A DNA stretch of 51,545 nt from Acidobacteriota bacterium (GCA_040005235.1 JBDTZG010000040.1:1-51545), one strand, 5' to 3'. Shown: positions 1 to 8,813, counted from the stretch's first letter. Notes: a model not told the origin generated them from the letters alone. Numbers and translations: made by a program.

Positions 1-2
1 AG

Positions 3-773
3 ATCGGCACCATCTTCCACCTGGTGGCGCTGCTGTCGGCCACCGGCGAGAGCCGGCCGCAGGTCGCCTGGGACATCAACATGGGGAGCCTCTACGGCAT
101 CCTCGAAGTGGCGCGCCAGAACCGCTGTTCGGTGTTCTTCCCCAGCTCGATCGGCGCCTTCGGCCCGGGCACACCGCGCGATCTGACCCCGCAAGACACG
201 CTCCAGCGGCCGACCACCATGTACGGCGTGACCAAGGTTGCGGGCGAGCTGCTTTGCGACTACTACCATCACCGCTTCGGCGTCGACGCCCGGGGTGTGC
301 GCTTTCCCGGCATCATCTCGCACGGCGCCCCGCCGGGAGGCGGCACCACCGACTACGCGGTCGAGATCTTCTACGAGGCGATCCGCCACAAGCACTACAC
401 CTGTTTCTTGAAGCCCGATACCCGCCTCGACATGATGTTCATGCCCGACGCGGTCAAAGCGACGATCGACGTCATGGAAGCCGACGTCGAGCGGCTGGTT
501 CATCGCAACGCCTTCAACGTCACGGCGATGAACTTCACGCCCGAAGAGCTGGCCGCCGAGATCCGCAAGCACATCCCCGATTTCGTGCTCGACTATCGGA
601 TCGACCCGGTCCGCCAGGCGATCGCCGACAGCTGGCCGCGTTCGCTCGACGACGGTGCCGCGCGCCAGGAGTGGGGCTGGCAGCCGCAATTCGATTTGTC
701 CGCGATGGTGAACGAGATGCTCGTGAACCTGGAAATCAAGCTCAAGCAGGAGATCGACGAACATGCCCGTTGA
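3..773 (+). CDS. tdh: L-threonine 3-dehydrogenase, SDR/NAD-dependent epimerase type (5' end outside window)
   Basis: Frame is open from base 3 (IGTIFHLVALLSATGE). Contains PSSIGAFG, the YxxxK motif (YGVTK) and GGGTTDYAV. Overlaps the start of kbl, the classic threonine-catabolism pair. Confidence 0.85.
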   Translation: MGTIFHLVALLSATGESRPQVAWDINMGSLYGILEVARQNRCSVFFPSSIGAFGPGTPRDLTPQDTLQRPTTMYGVTKVAGELLCDYYHHRFGVDARGVRFPGIISHGAPPGGGTTDYAVEIFYEAIRHKHYTCFLKPDTRLDMMFMPDAVKATIDVMEADVERLVHRNAFNVTAMNFTPEELAAEIRKHIPDFVLDYRIDPVRQAIADSWPRSLDDGAARQEWGWQPQFDLSAMVNEMLVNLEIKLKQEIDEHAR

Positions 774-1995
774 CCGTTTCCTCCCTGCGCTCGCCGCGGA
801 GCTCGATGCCCTCGAACAGCGCGGCACCAAGAAAGGCGCCGAGTCGGTGATCGTCGGCGTCATCCCCGCCTCCGGCGATCTCGGCCCGCGCTACCGCCTC
901 GCGGGCGAAGGCGACCGGCCGTTCCTCAAGATGAACTCAAACAACTACCTGGGAATGGCGTTGCGCCCCGAGCTGATCGAGGCGGAAGAGCACGCGAGCC
1001 GCGCCTACGGCGTCGGTCCCGGAGCGGTGCGGTTCATCAGCGGCACCTACACCGCGCACACCGACCTCGAAGCGCGCCTCGCCAAGTTCCACGGCCGCGA
1101 GTCCGCGATGCTCTGGAGCAGCGCCTACACCGCGATGATCGGCGTCCTGGTGCCGCTGATCACCCCGGAAACCGTGGTGGTGAGCGACGAGCTGAACCAC
1201 AACTGCATCATCAACGCGATGCGGCTCGCGCGTCCGAAAGACAAGAAGATTTACCGCCACCTCGATCTCGCCGATCTTGACGCCAAGCTCACCGAGGCGG
1301 CCGGAACCTGCAGAAGGGTGATCTTGGTCACCGACGGCATCTTCAGCATGCGCGGCGCGAATGCTCCCTTGCCGAAGATTCTGGAGATCGCCCGCCGCCA
1401 CGACGAGCATTTCCCGGAAAACGTCGTCGTCCTGGTGGACGACTCCCACGGCGTCGGTTCTTTCGGAAAAACCGGCCGCGGCACCGAAGAGGCGACCGGA
1501 GCGCCGCAAGCGGACATCCTGCTCGCGACTCTCGGCAAAGCGCTGGGAGTCAACGGCGGCTACGTCGTCGGCAGCAAGACCCTCACCGATTTCCTTCGCG
1601 AGACCTCCCCCACCTATATCTATTCGAACCCGATCACCGTCGGCGAATGCGCTGCGGCGCTCCGCGCAATCGACCTGCTCGACAGCCCGAAGGGGATCGA
1701 GAGCCTCGCCCATCTCCGCGCGATGACCGAGCGCTTCCAGCAGGGCCTGCTACGATTGGGCTACGAGACCATCCCAGGAACGCACCCGGTCGTCCCACTG
1801 ATGGTTCGCGACACCGCGAAGACCACCGCGCTCGTCGCCCACCTGCGCTCTCAAGGCATTCTCGCCACGGGATTGAAGTTCCCCGTGGTCCCGAAAGGTG
1901 ACGAATCGATCCGGTTTCAGGTCTCGGCCGACCACACGCCGGCCGATATCGATGGGGTGCTGGCGGCGTTGGAGGGGTTTGCGGGGCGGGGGTAG
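763..1995 (+). CDS. kbl: Glycine C-acetyltransferase (2-amino-3-ketobutyrate CoA ligase), PLP-dependent
   Basis: SNNYLG, AVRFISGT, SDELNH, TDGIFSMRG, VDDSH and TLGKALG (PLP lysine) motifs. Adjacent to tdh. Confidence 0.9.
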   Translation: MPVDRFLPALAAELDALEQRGTKKGAESVIVGVIPASGDLGPRYRLAGEGDRPFLKMNSNNYLGMALRPELIEAEEHASRAYGVGPGAVRFISGTYTAHTDLEARLAKFHGRESAMLWSSAYTAMIGVLVPLITPETVVVSDELNHNCIINAMRLARPKDKKIYRHLDLADLDAKLTEAAGTCRRVILVTDGIFSMRGANAPLPKILEIARRHDEHFPENVVVLVDDSHGVGSFGKTGRGTEEATGAPQADILLATLGKALGVNGGYVVGSKTLTDFLRETSPTYIYSNPITVGECAAALRAIDLLDSPKGIESLAHLRAMTERFQQGLLRLGYETIPGTHPVVPLMVRDTAKTTALVAHLRSQGILATGLKFPVVPKGDESIRFQVSADHTPADIDGVLAALEGFAGRG

Positions 1996-2030
1996 CGACC
2001 AGCGGCGATGCGCTTCCCCGATAACCGCTT

Positions 2031-2061
2031 CCGGAAGGGCTTCTCGATCGTGCCCTTCCGG
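2031..2061. terminator. Stem-loop between convergent kbl and rpn genes
   Basis: CCGGAAGGGC-N11-GCCCTTCCGG, a perfect 10-bp inverted repeat. No long U-tract. Confidence 0.5.
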
Positions 2062-2079
2062 GCATCCCCCTCTAGAACT

Positions 2080-2316
2080 CTACGCCAGCCCCAACTCTTC
2101 GAGCGACCGGGCGGTCAAGAGCCGCTCGGCGAGCGAGCCCAGCTCCTCAGGGGAACGGATCGCCTCAACCCGGGCTACCACCTGGCCGGTGAGCAACGGA
2201 AAGCGGCTGCGGAGCAGGCGCAGGAGGACTTCGCGCATGCCGTTCTCTTTGCCTCGCTCCATGCCTGTTTCCAGGCCTCGCGCCTCAACCTTCTCTTCCC
2301 AGGTGACAGGTTTCAT
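2080..2316 (-). CDS. Putative internally translated small protein (RpnS-like antitoxin, 78 aa)
   Basis: In-frame ATG at 2316 preceded by GGAGGT-CGAT, at the boundary of the C-terminal domain. Confidence 0.55.
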   Translation of the reverse strand: MKPVTWEEKVEARGLETGMERGKENGMREVLLRLLRSRFPLLTGQVVARVEAIRSPEELGSLAERLLTARSLEELGLA

Positions 2317-2997
2317 ATCGACCTCCGGTTTTCTGTGCCGGGCGCGTAGGGAGACGTACTCCTCTACCGCGCCGCCGCCCAATTCTAGATAAGTTGCCAC
2401 GCAATTGAACAGCAGGAATCTCTCGACGTCGGTTAAGCCGTCGGCCGAGGCGATTTTGGCGAAGCAAGAGCGGCGCAGGTGATGACGGTCGCCGTCCCGA
2501 GTCCTCCCGAGCGCCGCGAAGGCCCAGGCGAGCGGCTCTGTTCGCGCGAGGAAGGTTTCGGCACGTGCTCCCGAAAGGCCGAAGCTTCGGTAGCAGAGCC
2601 TCCCGACCTCTCGCCCGCAAGAGGTCTCGGAGTACTGCGAGGACTCCGGCCCCCGCGGACCACCCCGTAGATAGAGGACGATCGTATGGACCGGCAGCCG
2701 GCGTCGCAGGCCGAGCAGCCGGTTGTAGATCCAAAGTCGCGGCGGCACCTTCACCCGATAGCGCAGCTCGATTTCCACATGCACGAAGACGTCGTTTCCT
2801 TCGAGCGTCTTGGCGCTGCCGACCAGATCCATCCGCCGTTCGGCCCCGGTCGGTTGGTCGAGGAATTCTTGAGCCGGCTCAAGCCTCAGCGAAGACACCT
2901 CGAGCCAAGAGGTCAGGTCGTCGTCGACCAGGCGCAGGAAATCCACGGGAAAAGTTCGAATCAGGTCCTTCCAAAGTTGATCGTGACCGCCCGCCAT
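2080..2997 (-). CDS. Rpn/YhgA-like recombination-promoting nuclease (PD-(D/E)xK) with C-terminal DUF4351-like helical domain
   Basis: N-terminal HDQLWKDLI, RRMDLV...VHVEIE nuclease motif, LPVHTIVLYL, and C-terminal RG.E.G repeats plus LLRLLRSRF...LLTARSLEELGL. AAGGAG lies upstream of the ATG. Confidence 0.8.
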   Translation of the reverse strand: MAGGHDQLWKDLIRTFPVDFLRLVDDDLTSWLEVSSLRLEPAQEFLDQPTGAERRMDLVGSAKTLEGNDVFVHVEIELRYRVKVPPRLWIYNRLLGLRRRLPVHTIVLYLRGGPRGPESSQYSETSCGREVGRLCYRSFGLSGARAETFLARTEPLAWAFAALGRTRDGDRHHLRRSCFAKIASADGLTDVERFLLFNCVATYLELGGGAVEEYVSLRARHRKPEVDMKPVTWEEKVEARGLETGMERGKENGMREVLLRLLRSRFPLLTGQVVARVEAIRSPEELGSLAERLLTARSLEELGLA

Positions 2998-3177
2998 CCA
3001 GGTGTCTCCTTCGGGCCTCTTGAGGAGTAAGGCCTCTTCACCTGACTAAAAGACGTAAAACGGGCGGTCAATCCCGATGATTGGCGAAAATAAGGCGTCG
3101 AGCGGGGTTGGCTCGGTCGTTCCTGTGCCGTCATATGTTTCGATCCTTAGGGTGAGCAGGCTTCCGCACCGAAATTT

Positions 3178-3210
3178 TACCCGATTCCCCACCAGCCGTA
3201 CCCGATTCCC
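3178..3210. repeat. 12-bp direct repeat TACCCGATTCCC x2, 21-bp period
   Basis: Exact copies at 3178-3189 and 3199-3210, in the intergenic region upstream of rpn. Confidence 0.6.
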
Positions 3211-3254
3211 AAGCGGCTCCGGACGAACCTAAGCGGGCCAAAGTCTGCCTGAAA

Positions 3255-4118
3255 TCACCGCGAGACTTGGTTACGCTGGATCAGCACCTCGAATTCTTCC
3301 CTTTCCAGGAACTGAACGGTCAGCTCCCTCAACACTCGATTGCGGAGACATCCTCCCGCCAGCACCACAGTCGGTCGTGCGAGGCCGGCTTCTACCCGTG
3401 GCGGCAGAACCTTTTGGACCATCGAAACGAGGGAATGCGCAAAGCTGCGGTGGAAGCGGGCTGCGATGGTGCCGACCGGGGTTTCGAGGAGGAGGTCCCC
3501 GAGGATCGCGGCCCAGGCACCTAGGGGCTCGATATAGGGCAGGCCCCGGCCGCCCAGGCGCGGGATGGCGAAGGGGTAGATGAGGGTTTCGTCCTCGTCG
3601 AGGGCGGCGGGATCGACTGCGGCTTCGAGCATTTGCCCGGGCTGGCCTTTGAAATCGACAGGCGCGCGGCAGAGGCCGACGGCCGCGGCGGCGGCATCGA
3701 AGAGCCGGCCGCAGGAGCTGGCGAGCGGACTGGTGGTTCGATCGGACATCTCGCCCGGGAGCACTTCGCTCCGCCGTTCGGCGAGGAAGGCCTTGAGCGG
3801 AAGATCGGCGAAATCCATCGCGAAGCGCGGCCAGCCCATTTCGGCCATGAGGTGGGCGTAGAGGCTGCGCCAAGGTTCGGCTCGTGTCGCTTCTTCGCCT
3901 CCGGGCAATACCACGGGCTTCAGGGTTCCCAGGCGCTCATAGGAGTGGAAATTGGCGAGCAGGAACTCGCCCCCCCATAAGGTGCCGTCGTCTCCCGGCG
4001 CCATTCCTCCGAGGACGATGCCTAGCACCGGTAGCGCATCGAGCGGCTGCCCGTGGTCGCGTAGGCAGTCGACGATCCGGGCATGGGGAGACTTCGGCGC
4101 TTCGGGCAGGAGCGTCAT
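3255..4118 (-). CDS. hypF: HypF C-terminal (Kae1-like) fragment, catalytically degenerate
   Basis: DGTLWGGEFL, LPGG...EPWR, SSCGRLFDAAAA, IAARFH and VVLAGGC.RN motifs present. HHHAH is replaced by PHARI, DGxGxG by GGMAPG, and the terminal PxNDGG motif is missing. Confidence 0.8.
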   Translation of the reverse strand: MTLLPEAPKSPHARIVDCLRDHGQPLDALPVLGIVLGGMAPGDDGTLWGGEFLLANFHSYERLGTLKPVVLPGGEEATRAEPWRSLYAHLMAEMGWPRFAMDFADLPLKAFLAERRSEVLPGEMSDRTTSPLASSCGRLFDAAAAAVGLCRAPVDFKGQPGQMLEAAVDPAALDEDETLIYPFAIPRLGGRGLPYIEPLGAWAAILGDLLLETPVGTIAARFHRSFAHSLVSMVQKVLPPRVEAGLARPTVVLAGGCLRNRVLRELTVQFLEREEFEVLIQRNQVSR

Positions 4119-4735
4119 CTTCTGGGCTCCTGCGTCAAGGTGTAGGCCGGCAACGGGCCGGGCGAAGATCCAGCACTCACCACGGCCACCGGTTGGCCCA
4201 GCCGACGAAAGATCAGATGTTCAAGCGCCGTCGCCGCGAGTTGAACCGGGATCGCCCCGGCGGTCGGAAAACGCTGCGCCGCCTCCAGATCGCGCGCCAG
4301 CCCGTGAAGGTTCTCGCCGCGCTCCGAGGCCCAGGCCGCGAGAGTTTCTACGATCGATTCCCGCAGCGCATCACCGAGCAGGCGAAAACCCTCCATGTCG
4401 CGGACGGCGACGATCTCACCGCGTTGGATCAGAGTCGCCACGGCATCGACGTCGTCCAGGATGCTGAACTGGTCGAACGAGATCTCCGCGCCGTCGGTGC
4501 GGGAGAGGCAGGCCCGGGGGCCGCAACGGTGGCAGGCCGTGGCCGGGGCCTCGAAATGGCGGTCGTTCGGATTTTCAAACTCACGCCGGCAGTCCACGCA
4601 CATCTGTTGGGCCGAGCGCGGCGGAAGCGCCGGGGTACAGCGGGAGCAAGATGCGAACGGATACCGGTAGCGCCGCTCGAACGGGCTCACAACCTCGCCC
4701 AGGCAATCGGGGCAGCCGCCGCGAAGCCGCTCCAT
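4115..4735 (-). CDS. hypF: HypF N-terminal fragment (two Zn fingers plus truncated YrdC-like region, no acylphosphatase domain)
   Basis: CPDC...RRYRYPFASCSRC and MCVDC..EF.NP.DR.F..PATACHRCGP. GEIVAVRDMEGFRL corresponds to G.IVAvKGxGGFHL. ATGA overlap with the downstream fragment. Confidence 0.8.
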   Translation of the reverse strand: MERLRGGCPDCLGEVVSPFERRYRYPFASCSRCTPALPPRSAQQMCVDCRREFENPNDRHFEAPATACHRCGPRACLSRTDGAEISFDQFSILDDVDAVATLIQRGEIVAVRDMEGFRLLGDALRESIVETLAAWASERGENLHGLARDLEAAQRFPTAGAIPVQLAATALEHLIFRRLGQPVAVVSAGSSPGPLPAYTLTQEPRR

Positions 4736-5626
4736 TTAACGGCTGAGCCGGATCTCGACCCGGTTTTCGATCAGGCGGACCGCGTGCTGTTCGAGCTGCA
4801 CCTTCGGCGCGGTCAGGCACTCCCCCGTTTCGAGCGAATATTCGAAGCCGTGGTGAGGGCAGGTGAGGATGCCTTCTTCGATCTTCCCCTCGTCGAGCGG
4901 CATTCCCAGATGGGCGCACGAGTTGGAAAAACAGGCGATCGCGTCGCCCGTGCGGGAGAGCAGCAGGTCGCGCTCGGCGATCTGCCGGTGCAGAATGCCG
5001 CCGAGCGGGATCTCGTCGAGCCGGGCGGCCAGGTGCCATGAGGCGTCGCCGTCCAAGGCTCCGAGCGCGAACGGGCTGACGAACCGGACGCCGCCTTCCC
5101 CCGCCGGAGCGGCGGCGAGTCCTTTGACCTCGACCACGTGGAGGATCTCAGGACAGGTTTCTAGGATCGCCTTCTTCACACCTGCGACGAACGTGAGCTG
5201 CGAAGCCGCGCAGCCGTCGCAGGCGCCGAGGAACCGCACCTCCACCGTGTCCGGCAGTTTGATTCGCACCAGCTCGACGTTGCCGCCGTGCGATCCGAGC
5301 ATCGGACGGATCTGCTCCAAGGCGGCATCGACTTTTTCCTGCAAACTGGGCTTGACCAGCTCGAAATGGCGCAGGACGCCGTAGACCAGCTCGTCGCGGA
5401 GCGATTCTTTGAGCAGAGCGAGCGCGTTGGGATCGGTCTTGAGGCCCGCGATCAATCGGCGGATCGCTTCTCGGTGCAGGTTTTCGAGCGCTGTGCGATA
5501 GGCCCGGACCGCCCCTCGCTGCTCCGGCTCCCAGGTGGCGAACAAAGTGTCCAGCGCCGCCAGGTCTTTGACCAGACCAGCGAGCTGGGGCGTGGCGCGC
5601 GCGTCGTCGGAGGGAGGTCCGGTCAA
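4736..5626 (-). CDS. NifU-like CxxC domain plus Rieske [2Fe-2S] fusion (hydrogenase accessory)
   Basis: IRPMLGSHGGNVEL...GACDGC (NifU domain) and NSCAH...TCPHHG (Rieske ligands). Likely TTG start at 5626 overlaps the upstream stop; the ORF track start at 5698 overlaps another gene. Confidence 0.85.
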   Translation of the reverse strand: MTGPPSDDARATPQLAGLVKDLAALDTLFATWEPEQRGAVRAYRTALENLHREAIRRLIAGLKTDPNALALLKESLRDELVYGVLRHFELVKPSLQEKVDAALEQIRPMLGSHGGNVELVRIKLPDTVEVRFLGACDGCAASQLTFVAGVKKAILETCPEILHVVEVKGLAAAPAGEGGVRFVSPFALGALDGDASWHLAARLDEIPLGGILHRQIAERDLLLSRTGDAIACFSNSCAHLGMPLDEGKIEEGILTCPHHGFEYSLETGECLTAPKVQLEQHAVRLIENRVEIRLSR

Positions 5627-5847
5627 CGGAACTTGAGGTCCTTGAACAGATAGGGCTGGAGCATTCCGCCCAGGAATCCGGCGATGCCGGCGCTCCACGG
5701 AAGAGAAAGGCCCGCCGCGAATAGACCGATCGCGACGACCGCGGCGGCGCCGGCGCCGATCAGATTCTGACGCACGACATCGGCTGGGTTTTGAAACAAT
5801 TTACCGGCGATAAACAGCTTGATCGAGGCGAGCGCCATGTCCCACAT
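5623..5847 (-). CDS. Small membrane protein of group 2a hydrogenase clusters (74 aa)
   Basis: Two hydrophobic segments and C-terminal QPYLFKDLKFR. Tightly packed in the operon. Cyanobacterial hup/hyp regions have comparable small membrane ORFs next to TPR and NifU genes. Confidence 0.7.
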   Translation of the reverse strand: MWDMALASIKLFIAGKLFQNPADVVRQNLIGAGAAAVVAIGLFAAGLSLPWSAGIAGFLGGMLQPYLFKDLKFR

Positions 5848-5850
5848 CGG

Positions 5851-6060
5851 TTAGCTCCTCGCCACGGCCCAAAGGGCCAGGATACCCAGGCTCAAAAGGA
5901 CTCCGAGAAATCCGCCGACCGGGCCGAAGAACGCGCCCATCATCGCTGCCAAACTGTTGCCGAGGATCTTGCGCCCGACCAGTAGGCCGCCGAGTACTCC
6001 GCCGAGGATCGATGTGACGAGCGCGAAGAGGAGGGCGATCCCAGCCTGTCCGCCGCTCAT
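5851..6060 (-). CDS. Small Gly-rich membrane protein (69 aa)
   Basis: Hydrophobic, LAAMMGAFFGP motif, ATGA overlap with the TPR gene. Confidence 0.7.
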   Translation of the reverse strand: MSGGQAGIALLFALVTSILGGVLGGLLVGRKILGNSLAAMMGAFFGPVGGFLGVLLSLGILALWAVARS

Positions 6061-7067
6061 GAGACCACCGAGCGGCTGGATTGCGCTTCCGCGAGCTCTT
6101 CGCCGATCTGGTCCAGAGCTTCGCGCACCGAGGCTGATTTCATGATTTCGTCGCTTTCGTCGAAAATTTCGAGCGCCTCGGCCAGCAGACGCTGCGCTTG
6201 TTTCAGATTGGCGAAATCGCCGCTTTCCGGGCTCTGCGGATCGTCCGGCAAGCCCCAGAGGCAGGTCGCCTTGTTGGCGAGGGTGTTGGCGTATTCGAGC
6301 GGCATGTCCTTGCGCGTTCGGACCCGCAGCGCCTCGTCGTAGGCATCGAGCGCGCGCAGGCGATTTTCCAGGGCATGGCTGGTGGTCACCGACTGAAGAG
6401 CATTGCCTAGATTGCTTTGCAGCATCGCGTATTCGACCGGGTGGTCGACGATGTTGACCCCGCGCAAGCCTTCCTCGAAGGAGGTGACGGCCAGGGCCTC
6501 GCTCATCTTCGAGCCTTCACCACCGACCGAAACCGAGAGGAACGCCGTCGCGAGGTTGTTGTGCAGAATGGCGAACTCTTTGGGAAAGCGCTCGCGGTCG
6601 AAAACCCGGAGCGCCCGCTGGTAGGCGGTGATCGCGTCCTGGATGCGTCCGCTCCCCTGGGCGGCGAGCGATTGGACGATCAGGCCTCGATTCATTTCCA
6701 GCTCGGCCACCTCTTCGGGCAGCCCGAGCGCCATCAGCGTCGGCGCGGCGTCGTCGAGGCAATTGAGAGCCTGGTCGAGCGGCGCGGTCGAATCGCCGGG
6801 CAGGGCGCGCAGCGCGGTCGACATGCGGGCGAGGGTCCGCGCCTTGAGCAGCGGCTCGGACTCGGGGCAGGTTTCGAGCGCCTTCCTGTAGAGCGTGACG
6901 GCGCCTTCGAGCTGTGCGGCGAGGCGCGGATTCTTTTGCAGGCCCATCGCGATCTCGACCAGCATCTCGGTCTTTTCAACCGGCGAAGCCAACGAGCTCT
7001 CGACCGTGGCAAGGGCCACCTCGACGTCCGTCTTGTAGCGATCTTCGGAGAGTTGCGGGCTCAACAC
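6057..7067 (-). CDS. TPR-repeat protein (hydrogenase accessory)
   Basis: Repeated helical units (AITAYQRALRV, FAILHNNLATA, YAMLQSNLGNA, YANTLANKA). Likely GTG start at 7067 overlaps the upstream stop. Confidence 0.8.
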   Translation of the reverse strand: MLSPQLSEDRYKTDVEVALATVESSLASPVEKTEMLVEIAMGLQKNPRLAAQLEGAVTLYRKALETCPESEPLLKARTLARMSTALRALPGDSTAPLDQALNCLDDAAPTLMALGLPEEVAELEMNRGLIVQSLAAQGSGRIQDAITAYQRALRVFDRERFPKEFAILHNNLATAFLSVSVGGEGSKMSEALAVTSFEEGLRGVNIVDHPVEYAMLQSNLGNALQSVTTSHALENRLRALDAYDEALRVRTRKDMPLEYANTLANKATCLWGLPDDPQSPESGDFANLKQAQRLLAEALEIFDESDEIMKSASVREALDQIGEELAEAQSSRSVVS

Positions 7068-7420
7068 TGTTGGGGAGTCTCGCAGAAGAACCCTTCGATG
7101 ACCAGGGCCGCCAAGTCGTCGTCCCACCGTGCCGAGAATGCAAACTCCCGGTAGCCATCGATCAGCTCGTCGTCGAGGTGGTAGAGCCGGAACAGCTCCA
7201 CCCCCGAGATGGCGCGATCCCCGGCGAGGTTGACGATCTTGACCAGATTTCCGCCCCCGGAATTCTGTACCGGGAGAATCAGCAGGCGTTGCTCCCGAGG
7301 CAACAGCAAGACCGAGTGCAACCCGCTGAAATAACGTTCGAAGGTTTCAGCCGGTACCAGCAGCGATCCGTGGCGCAGGGTGAGGAGGACGTCGCCTTGC
7401 GGCGGCGCGGAGCCGACCAT
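7061..7420 (-). CDS. Hypothetical protein of the hydrogenase cluster (119 aa)
   Basis: Fills the gap between operon genes with tight spacing. GGGNLVKIVNLAGDRAI and ARWDDDLAALVI look like conserved blocks; I recall similar proteins near group 2a maturation proteases but cannot verify this. Confidence 0.65.
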   Translation of the reverse strand: MVGSAPPQGDVLLTLRHGSLLVPAETFERYFSGLHSVLLLPREQRLLILPVQNSGGGNLVKIVNLAGDRAISGVELFRLYHLDDELIDGYREFAFSARWDDDLAALVIEGFFCETPQQC

Positions 7421-7423
7421 CCC

Positions 7424-7768
7424 CTAGATCCGCCAGACGTTGCAGGACCATTCCGGTTTCACCGGCAGATCGATCTCGGGCAGCACGCACCAGCCGTGAT
7501 GGACTTGAAAATACATGCAGGTTTCGCAGGATTGTTCGAGGTCGAAGTGGGTTACGGAATGGTCGGTGAATCCGGCGAGGCGCAGTTTGGTCGTCAACTC
7601 TCCGTCGCTCGCGCGGATCGATCTGACGATCGCTTGGAATTGTTCGCTGTCATCGGCACGAATTCGCCAATCTGTACCAAGGCCGTCCGAGAGGAGTTGC
7701 GCGATGTTCTCGCGGACGGTTTCGGCCGAATCTTGGCCGGGCATGCCCGGATACAGCGTTGCGTCCAC
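7424..7768 (-). CDS. Standalone HiPIP-like 4-Cys putative Fe-S protein (about 114 aa, no signal peptide)
   Basis: C-x2-C-x9-C-x14-C with flanking aromatics (CETCMYF...WC...WSCNVW). GGAG precedes GTG at 7768; an alternative ATG is at 7744. Confidence 0.7.
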   Translation of the reverse strand: MDATLYPGMPGQDSAETVRENIAQLLSDGLGTDWRIRADDSEQFQAIVRSIRASDGELTTKLRLAGFTDHSVTHFDLEQSCETCMYFQVHHGWCVLPEIDLPVKPEWSCNVWRI

Positions 7769-7805
7769 AGCGCATTCTCCCCGACCGCGGCCCCTGGGCG
7801 GCCAA

Positions 7806-8768
7806 TCAGATGACGAAGATGTCTTCCTCCGCCCAAGCCGGCGAGGCGGCCTTCGCCGCAACGGTCATCTTCAAATAGCCGTTCTTCTCGACCCCGTCCG
7901 GAAGGTCGCGCGGCACGCCCATCACGGTCTGAGTCTTGAACACGCTTCCCGGCGCGAGGTCGAAGAATGGGAACTCGGGCTCGGTGCAGCCGATGCAGGG
8001 CATGCCCGCCCGCGTTTTCGACGACTGGCGATTCCATAGGATCCGGTTGCACGGGCTGTGGGTCATCGGCCCTCGACAGCCAAGGTCGTAGAACAGACAG
8101 CCGCGGCGTTGCCCGAACTCGGTCGCCGAGACCTTGTAGGCGAAATGCATGTTGCGGGTGCAGCCGGTCTGAGTGTAAGTGGTGAAGAACGTCTTCGGCC
8201 TTTGCAGCTCATCGAGGGTGATCTCACCGCTGCGGCCGGTCGCCACCGCCACGAGAATTTGGGTCACCCAGTCAGGGTGGGCAGGGCATCCTGGGATGTT
8301 AATCACCGGAAGCCCGTTCTTCGCTTGGAAAGAAGATCCGAGAAATCCGCCACGCCGACGCTTTAGGAACTGGAGTCCTTCCGAATCGGTGGGATTGGGC
8401 GCGGTCGCGGGGATGCCTCCCCACGTGGCGCAATCGCCGATCGCCACTACGTGCCCCGCGGCCGCGGCGAGATCCTTCACCCAATCCTTCATCGCCCGGC
8501 CGGCGAATCGATTCCACTCCCCGGTACCGTTCGGCGCGTTGACGATCGTGCCCTCAAACACCAGGATATCCAAGGGTTTTCTGCCCGTCACGCAATCTTC
8601 GAGAAGCTGGATCAGATTGTCCCCCAGCTCCATGCCGAGCGAGGGATGCCAGAGGACGTTGATGCCGAAGTCGGTGACCAGATCGCAAGCCGAGGGCTCC
8701 TCGGCGTTCAGAAACGACATCGTGTTTCCCGAGCACGCGCCGCCTTGCAGCCATAAGAGGTTCGCCAC
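7806..8768 (-). CDS. hupS: Group 2a [NiFe]-hydrogenase small subunit, copy 1
   Basis: WLQGGACSGN (Asn in the proximal-cluster motif), GDC, PGCP, TQTGC (Gln instead of the distal His), GCLFYDLGC, HSPC and PCIGC. 320 aa with no Tat signal, as in cyanobacterial HupS. GTG start. Confidence 0.95.
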   Translation of the reverse strand: MANLLWLQGGACSGNTMSFLNAEEPSACDLVTDFGINVLWHPSLGMELGDNLIQLLEDCVTGRKPLDILVFEGTIVNAPNGTGEWNRFAGRAMKDWVKDLAAAAGHVVAIGDCATWGGIPATAPNPTDSEGLQFLKRRRGGFLGSSFQAKNGLPVINIPGCPAHPDWVTQILVAVATGRSGEITLDELQRPKTFFTTYTQTGCTRNMHFAYKVSATEFGQRRGCLFYDLGCRGPMTHSPCNRILWNRQSSKTRAGMPCIGCTEPEFPFFDLAPGSVFKTQTVMGVPRDLPDGVEKNGYLKMTVAAKAASPAWAEEDIFVI

Positions 8769-8813
8769 GTCATGCCCCCGATCAGGATTCCTAGGGTATA
8801 GTAGCCGAAAGTT

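Noticed and set aside
2080-2997. Rpn gene as an active IS element
   Set aside because: No terminal inverted repeats or target duplication. Rpn proteins are not demonstrated transposases.
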